This document shows, piece by piece, positions 19,146 to 28,341 of a stretch of 36,012 nucleotides of DNA. A program made the position numbers and the translations under genes. The notes under the pieces are model-generated. The model was not told the DNA's origin. It saw only the letters and a list, made by a program, of their open reading frames with translations, and did not search any database. How positions within the stretch are numbered: position 1 is the first letter of the stretch; each line of letters starts with the position of its first letter. The stretch is from Neisseriaceae bacterium (GTDB lineage: Bacteria > Pseudomonadota > Gammaproteobacteria > Burkholderiales > UBA11063): contig DAHXMX010000001.1 in the NCBI GenBank assembly GCA_027371515.1, positions 1 through 36,012 on the forward strand, read 5' to 3'.

Positions 19146-20778
19146 CATAAGGTGTTTCAGTTGTTTGTTTGATATCTCTAGCGTTTGTTGATTTTATACT
19201 TTCATTAACATCCTGAGGGATTGGTTTGTCAGTATAGCTAAAATCCAATATTTCACGCATGCGGTTTAAATCATCCATAATTTGCGTGCTACAAATACCA
19301 CTATTCCTTGCTGTTTCAAATAACTTGGCATATTTGAGCTTATCATCAAGTGTAAGTGTACGCTCCTTAAATGCACCAAAATTATTATACTCTGTTGGTT
19401 TGAAGTTTTTGTCAATAATATCAGCAACCAATTGATTGAGGATACAACTGGTTACTTCATCAATTGTGCCACCAAGAACCTTGCTGTGTAAGCTGTCATG
19501 CATATAACCCATGGCATATGAACCACCGCCACTATCAAACATGCTGGGCGGAATGCCTAATCCTTTGTAGATTTCTTGGTCATAGAATTGTAATATTTGA
19601 ATAAATACCTGTAATTCTCCTGTGACATCAACTGCTTGCACATCAAATGAGGTGCCTTTCATGCCAGGCAATACAAATGTACCAGTACCTTCGCGTTGTT
19701 CAGCAACTCTCAAACCAACATCATAATTAGTGGTCACATTGCCATTATCATCTTGAATTTGCTGCTGTCCATCGGTATAAATTACCATTTGTGGGAAAGC
19801 ACGAAATTGCAAAGCTAGTGCCATGAATTGTTGAATGCCATATTTAAGTAAATAGATATTGTAAATTCGACGTAGCAAACTTCTACCATATGGGTTATTG
19901 AAATTATCGATACTACGATTTACAAAATGAACACACTTGTCTCGTGGTATTTCAATTAGACCAAATAATTGCACATATGGTTGACGTGCTGGATAATCCA
20001 TATCGCCAAGTGCAGCTAATGGATCAATACCAATTAGTTCATTATGGCCAACGATACCAGTGTTGTTAAAATTACCAACAAATGAGCCTTGCATGGTCAT
20101 ATTTTGATAACCTGGAGTGTATGAGTTGATAATATATTGAAATACGCCATTGCGCTCTTTAACATTACCTTGTTCATCTACAGCAAATATTGTTGTGATT
20201 GGTGGCATTGGGGTAATTTGTTTTATTAAGTATCTACCACTTCGCTTTAGCTCTTCTTTATCAACTACTTTCTCGCCAATAAAGTATCCTGCCCACATTG
20301 AGGTTAGCATTTCTTTGATTAAACCCTGCAAACTACCTTGAAGATGTTTTAGGTTATAACGTACTAAATCTTGGATTTTTTCATTATCATGGTAATATTC
20401 ACCGATACTTCTCGCAACTAGTGAACTATTGATCTCCAATGCATTAGCAATAATTGGATCGGTATATGCCATACGCTGAAATGTACTAATACTGACAGAT
20501 GATGGATTAGTCACAAAATCACCGACCACATTGTACATGTAGGGTATTGCAGTGGCTAATGCTTCTTTTTGTTTGCTGCTTAAGTCAGGCATAATATCAA
20601 AGATAATATTTTGGAAATTTTGCAATGTTTGATTGATACTATTGAGTGAGCCTGGCATGCGTGGTTTAGTGGCGAATTTCCTAATATCATCAACTTTCAG
20701 TGGTGGCTTTTGTGGTGTACTTTGTTTATTTTTAGGAGCTGATCTTGCTTGATTCTTGTTTTTGTTTTTCGCTACCAT
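19132..20778 (-). CDS. Portal protein (DUF935 / Mu gp29-like)
   Basis: Follows terL; NPYGRSLLRRIY and GGSYAMG..H motifs. Confidence 0.85.
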   Translation of the reverse strand: MVAKNKNKNQARSAPKNKQSTPQKPPLKVDDIRKFATKPRMPGSLNSINQTLQNFQNIIFDIMPDLSSKQKEALATAIPYMYNVVGDFVTNPSSVSISTFQRMAYTDPIIANALEINSSLVARSIGEYYHDNEKIQDLVRYNLKHLQGSLQGLIKEMLTSMWAGYFIGEKVVDKEELKRSGRYLIKQITPMPPITTIFAVDEQGNVKERNGVFQYIINSYTPGYQNMTMQGSFVGNFNNTGIVGHNELIGIDPLAALGDMDYPARQPYVQLFGLIEIPRDKCVHFVNRSIDNFNNPYGRSLLRRIYNIYLLKYGIQQFMALALQFRAFPQMVIYTDGQQQIQDDNGNVTTNYDVGLRVAEQREGTGTFVLPGMKGTSFDVQAVDVTGELQVFIQILQFYDQEIYKGLGIPPSMFDSGGGSYAMGYMHDSLHSKVLGGTIDEVTSCILNQLVADIIDKNFKPTEYNNFGAFKERTLTLDDKLKYAKLFETARNSGICSTQIMDDLNRMREILDFSYTDKPIPQDVNESIKSTNARDIKQTTETPYANWD

Positions 20779-22388
20779 CGTTGCACCTTATTAAAAGCAA
20801 AACTATTCTTCTTAAATCCTAATTCAGCAATGCGTGGTCTGCCATACAATCGACTTGCTATATTTGGTATTGCTAATTTATTCAGACTCTCAAGACTTGG
20901 AATGTGAATAATTGTATGCTTCACATAACCCAAAAACATAGTAGTACTGTCCACTAAATCATCAATACCATCCTTTTGTCCAGTGAATTGGCACAGCTGC
21001 TCAATGTAAAAATCAATGCGTGGCTGTAATTGTTTGGTTGGTACAAATACTCGGTTATTTACAAATTCATCCAGTACGTACTGAGCACGCTGTAATTTGC
21101 TTTTGTTTTCTGGATCAATTCCATAAACTCTAGGCAAATACTGGTTTAGTTCATCAACTAATGCTGCACCATTTGCTTTGAGTTCCACAAGTATTGCGGT
21201 GTAATTTGGGTATATTTTAATCAGATCAGCTATTTTGTTTTTTAGTTCAATAAAATTGTACTTTTCATTAAAAAAGTCTAGTAGATAATAGCGGTGATTA
21301 TTAGTTCCCCATAAAGTGATACCACAATCATCACCATGTTTGGCGCTTTTATTGAAATTGGTATCAATTGAAATATAGACTTGTTGTATTTCTGGCAATT
21401 GTTCATATTGATGAAAATAATCCCTTTGGAATATTAAACCTTTTTCATCCAGTGGCTCTTGTTGACATAGTGCTCTCCAAGCACGGATATCAGTCTTGAA
21501 TTCAGCATACAGGTGTTTTTTATTGACATCCAAATATTCACCAACTTGGCGTGAATCATAATGGTAGTTGATATGATGCGCTTCTTTCAGCGCTGGAAAG
21601 CTTAATAATTCCCATTTGATGTAATCTGCATCAAATTTATTGATTTCACTTTCCCTGAGAATCCTGCCAATTAAATCATCACTATGCCAACGAGTTGCAA
21701 ATACAACTTTGATGGTATTTGTTTGTTGGCGCATTCTGGCGGTTGTTGCATACCAATTCCAAACTTGATTACGGATTTTAGGGCTAAATGCTTCTGAATC
21801 ATCTTTGAAATAATCATCGATAATTAGTAGATGTGCTGGTTTCCCAGTAAGCATTGTTCTACGACCTGCTGCTTTGAATCCACCACGATTAGAGTTAACA
21901 TTACTAAATCCAAGGGCTGTAGCTTCTTTTTTCTTTTTAGTTTTACTATCTAACTCTTCATCAACATTCCATTTGATTTTACTTTCTGGAAACACTTGTG
22001 CATATTGTTCAGACATTATCAGTGGCAATATTTCATTTTGCACAACATCTTTGGCACGCTCTTCATTGTAAGTTGCATAGACCAAACGCTTCTCAGGAAA
22101 TCGTCCAAATATATAACTTGTAAGCAGTACACCTGCAATCAGTGTTTTGCCGTGCTGCGGCGGGAGCTGTATAATCAAGTTCCCACGTCCAGCATCAATG
22201 AATTGCTGAACTTTATTCATAATAACATCGTGATACCATTGCCAATCAAATTCTGGTATCATGAATTTGCAAAAGTTGGCAAAATTATTGATTTTTTGCA
22301 GCAACAGCCAATTATTAGCAATCTCTACTTCACCACTTGTGGCTATGCCTTGCTGGATTTTATCGAGTATAAGTTTTATTTGATGCAT
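20772..22388 (-). CDS. terL: Terminase large subunit
   Basis: Walker A LPPQHGKT, Walker B LLIIDD, TRWH.DDL, nuclease motifs SIDT and DDLVDS. Confidence 0.95.
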   Translation of the reverse strand: MHQIKLILDKIQQGIATSGEVEIANNWLLLQKINNFANFCKFMIPEFDWQWYHDVIMNKVQQFIDAGRGNLIIQLPPQHGKTLIAGVLLTSYIFGRFPEKRLVYATYNEERAKDVVQNEILPLIMSEQYAQVFPESKIKWNVDEELDSKTKKKKEATALGFSNVNSNRGGFKAAGRRTMLTGKPAHLLIIDDYFKDDSEAFSPKIRNQVWNWYATTARMRQQTNTIKVVFATRWHSDDLIGRILRESEINKFDADYIKWELLSFPALKEAHHINYHYDSRQVGEYLDVNKKHLYAEFKTDIRAWRALCQQEPLDEKGLIFQRDYFHQYEQLPEIQQVYISIDTNFNKSAKHGDDCGITLWGTNNHRYYLLDFFNEKYNFIELKNKIADLIKIYPNYTAILVELKANGAALVDELNQYLPRVYGIDPENKSKLQRAQYVLDEFVNNRVFVPTKQLQPRIDFYIEQLCQFTGQKDGIDDLVDSTTMFLGYVKHTIIHIPSLESLNKLAIPNIASRLYGRPRIAELGFKKNSFAFNKVQRW

Positions 22389-22395
22389 ATATGAA

Positions 22396-22584
22396 TTACA
22401 GCAATGTGGTTAAAATTATTGGTAATATTGGGTTAGACAATGGATTACTCAAGACGCCATACCAGGTAGTATTGGTATTTTGTTGCTCTAGCAAAATATA
22501 GCCAGTATTGCTTTCAAGAGCAATTTGCCCGCCATCTTCAAGCAATAAATATACTGGAATATCGTTTATATTGTTGGCATTCAT
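22396..22584 (-). CDS. Small hypothetical protein with LLLEDG...ILLE motif
   Basis: 62-aa ORF tightly packed in the operon. Confidence 0.55.
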   Translation of the reverse strand: MNANNINDIPVYLLLEDGGQIALESNTGYILLEQQNTNTTWYGVLSNPLSNPILPIILTTLL

Positions 22585-22586
22585 GA

Positions 22587-22913
22587 TTAGCCAACTGTTA
22601 CAGTAACATTTTGCGCATTGGTACTACCAGACAAACTTGCTCGCAAATAGATACTGTTAAAAGTTAACCCAACATTTAGAGCATTTTGCGTAAATACTGC
22701 TGGATTATTGTTAATATCAAGTAATGGGCTCCAAGTAATCGCATCAATTGACCATTCAACAGTAACAGTGCCACCGCCAAAACTGACAGCTTGCACTGCT
22801 AATGTATGTGATATTTGGTTTTGGAATGATACTGGATTACCAACAGTATCCTTATTTATTTGGTAAAGTAGTGGAGTGCCAAGTATTGGTGAATCTAATT
22901 GTGTTGCATTCAT
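22587..22913 (-). CDS. Hypothetical beta-rich phage protein
   Basis: 108 aa; FGGGTVTVEWS.D...W.PL.D motif; ATGA overlap with the upstream gene. Confidence 0.65.
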   Translation of the reverse strand: MNATQLDSPILGTPLLYQINKDTVGNPVSFQNQISHTLAVQAVSFGGGTVTVEWSIDAITWSPLLDINNNPAVFTQNALNVGLTFNSIYLRASLSGSTNAQNVTVTVG

Positions 22914-23266
22914 TCTCTGATTACCTCGTAATTGTTAAGTAAAAATTGGTATTTGGTGTATACCCAGTAATAAATTGTTTTGGTGGATTTATTGAATTTA
23001 CGTGCCATTTGCTCAATGGTTAATCTGCTATCAGATTGTTTTTCAAGAAAATAATACTTGGTTTTTACTTTGGGCAATTTTTGATAGCCGTCATCCGCAT
23101 TACAGGCGCCAATGATACCAGTAGCATTCTGTATATGACGATCAATACAATCTTTGGTGCGTAAATCTTCGCACTTAGATAGCAACTGCAAAATAACAGT
23201 TTTATACACAGTTGGTAACCGATATATCCTTCTGGCTAATTGAGTATCTCTATCTGGTGCATTCAT
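22910..23266 (-). CDS. HTH DNA-binding protein, possibly a Mor/C-like late activator
   Basis: C-terminal LTIEQMARKFNKSTKTIYYWV helix-turn-helix; ATGA-coupled to its neighbours. Confidence 0.5.
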   Translation of the reverse strand: MNAPDRDTQLARRIYRLPTVYKTVILQLLSKCEDLRTKDCIDRHIQNATGIIGACNADDGYQKLPKVKTKYYFLEKQSDSRLTIEQMARKFNKSTKTIYYWVYTKYQFLLNNYEVIRE

Positions 23267-23727
23267 TGTTTATCCTCCAATTTATCTAATCTAGCTTGCA
23301 GTTCCTTGGCTAAATCAGTTTCAGTGGTACGGAGTTTTTCATATTTTTGTTCTTTGTAATCATCGTATAAGCTTTCGCGTATCTTATTTTCAGTGACATT
23401 TCTAAAGCTGGTTATCATTAATTTGGCACATTCTATTTGTGATTTTTCACCAGAACGCATGCCTTCTAACAGTTGACATTCCCAGTAATACATTTGTTTT
23501 GTTAGTGCAATCTTTGCAGCATCTTTAAATGACGGGTACTCCATTGCCCACTGAACTATTTTGTCGGGGCTAATGTTGTAAACTCCAGCAAATGTTTCAA
23601 GTGAATGTCCGCTCTCACAATGAGCAATTAATTGTCTGCAATAATCTGGATTGAATTGAGTGTTAATTGCATAATTACTCTTTGCTTTTTTAGCAAACAT
23701 GTTGGGCTTTTCTAAATTTTTCATCAT
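23263..23727 (-). CDS. terS: Terminase small subunit
   Basis: FNPDYC...G.SLE.FA....S......W...YPSF HTH pattern typical of terS; upstream of terL. Confidence 0.7.
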   Translation of the reverse strand: MMKNLEKPNMFAKKAKSNYAINTQFNPDYCRQLIAHCESGHSLETFAGVYNISPDKIVQWAMEYPSFKDAAKIALTKQMYYWECQLLEGMRSGEKSQIECAKLMITSFRNVTENKIRESLYDDYKEQKYEKLRTTETDLAKELQARLDKLEDKQ

Positions 23728-23733
23728 ACTGCC

Positions 23734-23762
23734 ATTATAGATAAGTCGTTCTCTTACTTCAG
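23734..23762 (-). promoter_or_regulatory. Candidate late promoter (CTGAAG-17 nt-TATAAT), 6 nt upstream of the terS ATG
   Basis: Perfect -10 at 23739-23734, weak -35, in one of the few intergenic gaps. Confidence 0.4.
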
Positions 23763-23786
23763 TTTCTAAGTGTAGTTCTGGCTTAA

Positions 23787-24539
23787 TTACATGAGATCAA
23801 GTAAATTAGCCATAGTTTTATCAACAATTATTACTGATTTACACCGACAATTAATCTCAGTGCCTGGGTGACCGGTCTTTTCTGGCGGATTGTCCCAATC
23901 AAATATCTTTTGATTATTAGCCTCATGTGTAGGACGTACTCGATCATCTTCCATTGTTTGCCATTTATATTGATTTAACCCCAACGCCTTACATTTAGCT
24001 ATTGTGAGTCCTTGGGTAATTTTAATTACTTGGTCACTAGATATAATCTCAATTCGCTCATTGATTTTATTTACTGCATCGCTAATAATTTGGTTTTCTA
24101 CTTGTTTTGGAGTATTAAATAGTTCTTGCATGAGTAGTGACAACATAATCCCATAGATAAAATCATCACGTAAATTTTTGAGTACTGTGTAGTTCATAAA
24201 CTGCACCTGTTCGATGTAATATTGATATGATTGGCTATTTTCAATATTAGCGATGTTTTTGTCTGTATTGCTAGCAATTTGAGAATCAAATTCAGCTTCA
24301 TGATAGCTATTTATTCTGTCAAATAAACGTTTGGTGATTTTCTTGAGCTTGTCATTTGAGTAGTATTCAGTTAATGCATTTTGTAGTTTTATGGGATTGC
24401 TATTGTGATTATCAGTGCTGAGTTGGTTATCGAATAAGAAAATGCCGCTATTAAAAAATGCCAATAATTCATCATGATATTTATTTTCAATATTTTGGTT
24501 GCTCTCAACTGGCTGTAGCTCCAATGTTTGTGTTGACAT
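23787..24539 (-). CDS. Phage head morphogenesis protein (Mu gpF / SPP1 gp7 family)
   Basis: YKWQTMEDDRVRPTH and HPGTEINCRC motifs. Confidence 0.9.
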   Translation of the reverse strand: MSTQTLELQPVESNQNIENKYHDELLAFFNSGIFLFDNQLSTDNHNSNPIKLQNALTEYYSNDKLKKITKRLFDRINSYHEAEFDSQIASNTDKNIANIENSQSYQYYIEQVQFMNYTVLKNLRDDFIYGIMLSLLMQELFNTPKQVENQIISDAVNKINERIEIISSDQVIKITQGLTIAKCKALGLNQYKWQTMEDDRVRPTHEANNQKIFDWDNPPEKTGHPGTEINCRCKSVIIVDKTMANLLDLM

Positions 24540-24542
24540 TGC

Positions 24543-26060
24543 TTATCCCTCCTTGTCTAGTAATTGTTTTTGCAATGCTTCAAAAGTTAGATGTTCATTT
24601 TTAAATTGACAGTTCATGATTGCCATGATTTTTACTGATTTATTTTGCAAAGTTTCAATACGATAACTTGCTGCTTCCAGTGCTTGGTAAAGCTCCATAG
24701 CTAAAACTGTGGTGATGCTTTTTACACCTGTGAACTTTTTTAACTTTTCTTGGGCAGATTTGAGAGATATTTTTTTGCCATCGACTTGTTGTAAGCAGTT
24801 ATCAACAAAAGTTTTAACTACATTGTGATAGCTGCTGGTACTGTTTTCTTCTAGTTTATCCCATAGAATCTCTGGAATATCAAAGCTGCCATCTGCAGCA
24901 AGGTATTTGTAATAATAATCAGCACAATTAGCTAAAAACTTATCGAATTCTTGGTGTAATTGAGATTTCCAATCACCTTTGCCATTTTTGTACCAATGAT
25001 TGAAGCGTTGTTTGCATAATTCAGTATCTAGGCGCAAATACAGCATTCGACTAGTCTCATGTAGTTTGTTAATACTGACAAATGGTGAAACATTACTAAC
25101 TGCAATTACTTTGTTGAATATTTTGATAGTTTTAGCTTGCTTGAATTTTCCCTGCATATGAATGTAGTCATTGCCAGTAATTTGCAATATTTCAGGACGT
25201 GATAATAATGCGCGCTCTTTGGTGTCAGACACAATAGATAACCTGGCTTGGTCTAGACCATCAAAACCGTATTTATCAAAACTAAACTTGCCTGCTATTG
25301 TGCGCACCAAATGTTCACCATAACGTTTTAATTCGTCAGCAATAACATTGACTACAGTTGATTTACCACTTAGTCCAGCACCTTGTAGCCAAAGTATTTG
25401 CCGTCCAAAGTTATCAGCCTTAAATATACTGTAAACAAATGCCATAAATAGTTCACGTTCCATTTCAAGATTAAATTGCAGTAAAAAATTGTCCCATGCA
25501 GGCGTTTGGTTATTTTTGTTAAGTTCGCGGATTTGTTCTAATGGAATATAGCTAAAACAATATTCATAGGTGGAGTTACTAATTGCTACAATGTTTGGTA
25601 CGTTGATATGGAAGCTCTTGCTTCTAATTAAATCCTGCAGATGCTTTTTGGCAATCTTCTCTGGCATGTGAGCAATGTTCTGATTGTTGGTAACATAAAG
25701 CATGTAGTTGTAGAGCTTGTGAAGGTGACGCTCTTCAATGGTAGATGTTAGATACTTCAGCTCATTGGTATTTTGATTGGTTTTGACGTAAATATCCAAG
25801 CCGTGTTCTTTAGCGACTATTGCAAAATTATAGCCCGATAATTTATCTTGCCCAGTAGTTAATAAATGTTTATTATATTCGGGTACATCACCAGCAAAAT
25901 AATCACTGATATGCTGATTAAGCAGTTCTAATTCTCGTTCAGTTAAATATGCTTGCAAAACTTCATAAGCAGTTTTACCGTCAAGTAAAATATTTCTGCC
26001 ATTATGTACCAACATGTTGCCAATTTGATAAATGCTTTGGATTTGATTATAAAGTGACAT
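24543..26060 (-). CDS. SF3 helicase-like ATPase (D5/P4-primase C-terminal type)
   Basis: WDNFL, LWLQGAGLSGKST Walker A, ITGNDYI and motif C VIAVSN. Confidence 0.7.
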   Translation of the reverse strand: MSLYNQIQSIYQIGNMLVHNGRNILLDGKTAYEVLQAYLTERELELLNQHISDYFAGDVPEYNKHLLTTGQDKLSGYNFAIVAKEHGLDIYVKTNQNTNELKYLTSTIEERHLHKLYNYMLYVTNNQNIAHMPEKIAKKHLQDLIRSKSFHINVPNIVAISNSTYEYCFSYIPLEQIRELNKNNQTPAWDNFLLQFNLEMERELFMAFVYSIFKADNFGRQILWLQGAGLSGKSTVVNVIADELKRYGEHLVRTIAGKFSFDKYGFDGLDQARLSIVSDTKERALLSRPEILQITGNDYIHMQGKFKQAKTIKIFNKVIAVSNVSPFVSINKLHETSRMLYLRLDTELCKQRFNHWYKNGKGDWKSQLHQEFDKFLANCADYYYKYLAADGSFDIPEILWDKLEENSTSSYHNVVKTFVDNCLQQVDGKKISLKSAQEKLKKFTGVKSITTVLAMELYQALEAASYRIETLQNKSVKIMAIMNCQFKNEHLTFEALQKQLLDKEG

Positions 26061-26391
26061 TATCTATCTCTCCAGTATTTGGATATTGCCATTTATGCGA
26101 TTGGTAGCGATTGATTGCCTTGGTTAAATTTTGGATGTGCTGCAAATTATCAACTTTAAAACAATTTAAGTAACCAAATAAAGCCATATCGAGACCATGC
26201 AGTACCGATTTATGCAACAATATTTTCTGTAAATCATCAAGTAATCTATCAACTAACTTTGTCTCAAGATTTAGAATGCAGTCCAGTGTCAATAAATCGG
26301 TGATATAGGCAAAAAATCTATATTTATTACGTAGTTTTGTGTAGTATTTGTAACTAATCCCCAGCTCTTGATAAATAGTTTGATGCTTCAT
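26047..26391 (-). CDS. Hypothetical protein, possible N-terminal HTH
   Basis: ATGA overlap with the methyltransferase stop gives a start at 26391; IYQELGIS segment. Confidence 0.55.
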   Translation of the reverse strand: MKHQTIYQELGISYKYYTKLRNKYRFFAYITDLLTLDCILNLETKLVDRLLDDLQKILLHKSVLHGLDMALFGYLNCFKVDNLQHIQNLTKAINRYQSHKWQYPNTGEIDNVTL

Positions 26392-27179
26392 AATGCAATG
26401 ACCTGACTTGCAAAAATACAACTATTGATCCTCTCAACTGATGCTACATGAAACTTTGCGTCCAATTCAGTAGCAATAAAGTTTCTGTCGTTTAAAATGC
26501 AAGCATGAGCAACCACACCACTACCTGAGAATGTGTCTAGCACAATGCTGTTTGGATGCGAATATAGGCAAATTAAGCGCTCAATTAATCCGAATGGTTT
26601 TTCTGATGGATGTGCCCATTTGATATTTGGCTTGTTGTAACGCAAAATGCTTTTGGGATATTTTTTATCATTGAGCTTCTTATATTCAAAGCCATTTTGT
26701 TTGCCATAAAGCGTTAGACCACGGTTTTTCTTGATATCAGTTTTTGAGACTAGTACCTCATGGTTATATACATTAGGTGCTAAATTGCTCTTATTGCTAC
26801 TGCGCACAAAACTTTTGCTAAAATACAACACAAATTCGTGATTCAGGAGTGGTCGTACATTTGAATCTAAGGTGCCAGTGATTTTATTAACTTTGTCCCA
26901 GATTAATTCATAACGAAAATATTGCCAGCCCATATTGACCATCTTGTAAGTGAATTTACCACTAGCAAAGATTAGTATTGGCGCAGAAGGTTTAGCAACG
27001 CGAACAACTTCTAGCCACCATTTGTTTAAGTCAAGAGTTTTTGCAGCCACAACATCATATTCCAACTTGGTTGTAAGGTATGGAGGATCGGTCAGCACTA
27101 AATCAATGCTATTGCTTGGTATTTGTGCCAATATATCAAAGCAATTGGCATGATGAATCTTATTGATTAAGCACTGCAT
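26388..27179 (-). CDS. DNA N6-adenine/N4-cytosine methyltransferase (beta class), orphan
   Basis: TDPPY catalytic motif precedes HPSEKP and the VLDTFSGSG SAM-binding motif. Confidence 0.92.
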   Translation of the reverse strand: MQCLINKIHHANCFDILAQIPSNSIDLVLTDPPYLTTKLEYDVVAAKTLDLNKWWLEVVRVAKPSAPILIFASGKFTYKMVNMGWQYFRYELIWDKVNKITGTLDSNVRPLLNHEFVLYFSKSFVRSSNKSNLAPNVYNHEVLVSKTDIKKNRGLTLYGKQNGFEYKKLNDKKYPKSILRYNKPNIKWAHPSEKPFGLIERLICLYSHPNSIVLDTFSGSGVVAHACILNDRNFIATELDAKFHVASVERINSCIFASQVIAL

Positions 27180-27194
27180 TTGTAATATTTACAC

Positions 27195-27584
27195 CTAAAT
27201 AAATTTACTAACCAAAACTGTTGTGGCACCATTGGGTATAGAGGCGCCATAATTAACGTGCAATCCCTTGACTTGCTTATCATCGTGATACACAATGCCA
27301 ATTAAGCTATCCAAGATACACTTGAGTCCATTGTCCAAATCAATAATCTGGCTAAATGCTGTACCGTCTTTCTTTTGCTTGGGATGTATAACAATATCAA
27401 GCAATACATTGTCATTGGATGGAGCAACATCTAAACAAGATTGCCTCACTTTTTGCTTGAACAATCTACCTTCTTTGGAGATCATGGTTATATTTCTGAA
27501 GGTGCGATAATAGCGGTTTACTGAAATAGGATATTGCATAACGATTGTGTACAAATAATTGCTAGGATTAATGTTATTATTCAT
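27195..27584 (-). CDS. rusA: RusA-family Holliday junction resolvase
   Basis: YPISVNRYYR and DLDNGLKCILDSL...YHDDKQV motifs; ATGA overlap gives a start at 27584. Confidence 0.88.
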   Translation of the reverse strand: MNNNINPSNYLYTIVMQYPISVNRYYRTFRNITMISKEGRLFKQKVRQSCLDVAPSNDNVLLDIVIHPKQKKDGTAFSQIIDLDNGLKCILDSLIGIVYHDDKQVKGLHVNYGASIPNGATTVLVSKFI

Positions 27585-28330
27585 TTTCTGTAGCTTTCCC
27601 AGGTAAAATAAAGTACAACGCAATTATTCTGCCGTAGCCGATCTATGATACGATCTCCAAGCACAGCTTTTAGCTCATCCATTGATAAGTTAGTTTGAAT
27701 AATGGTAGATTTAATTTGTTCATACCGACAGTTGAGCACTTTAAATAGATTTTTTTGCTCTTCGCTATTAAAATGATTTGCTACTTCATCAAGAATTAAT
27801 AAATCAGGAATTGCATAATTATCAATTGTTGTGGCCTTGTTCCAACCAGCTTCATTTATTCTGTCAATCATATTGGCAACTGTTGTAAACAGCACTGTAT
27901 AACCTTCATTGATTGCAACTCTGCCAGTAGCCACAGATAAATGAGTCTTACCATTACCAGGGTTACCAGCCAAAATTGCATTGCGTCCAAATTTCAAATT
28001 ATCTTTGATGTTTTGTGCAAATTCCATCATAGTATTTTTAGCAACTTGTTGTTCAGTGGTATCAATGTTATAATTGTCAAAACTATTATCAACAAAGCGT
28101 GGTGGAATAGCAGCTTGATTAAACAATCTGGTAATAAAGCGCTTTTTATACTCAATTTCATCCTGTATGCGTTCATGTTGCCGCTTTTCTTGCTCTATTT
28201 CATCCTGACATTTGGGACAACCAGTCCAATGCTCCGTACTATCAGGACGCATAAACATTAAACTGGTGTATCCATCATGCTTATTGCATAATCGTTGTTC
28301 TTTGGCTCTAGCCTCAAAATTAAATTGCAT
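27581..28330 (-). CDS. DnaC/IstB-like helicase loader ATPase
   Basis: CxxH...CPxC zinc motif, IPPRF, GNPGNGKTHL Walker A, LLILDE Walker B, TNL, RIIDRL. Confidence 0.92.
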   Translation of the reverse strand: MQFNFEARAKEQRLCNKHDGYTSLMFMRPDSTEHWTGCPKCQDEIEQEKRQHERIQDEIEYKKRFITRLFNQAAIPPRFVDNSFDNYNIDTTEQQVAKNTMMEFAQNIKDNLKFGRNAILAGNPGNGKTHLSVATGRVAINEGYTVLFTTVANMIDRINEAGWNKATTIDNYAIPDLLILDEVANHFNSEEQKNLFKVLNCRYEQIKSTIIQTNLSMDELKAVLGDRIIDRLRQNNCVVLYFTWESYRK

Positions 28331-28341
28331 TGTTATACTCC

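Noticed and set aside
27581-28330. IS21 element suggested by the IstB-like ATPase
   Set aside because: No IstA transposase; its position after a phage initiator and its zinc motif indicate a DnaC-like loader.
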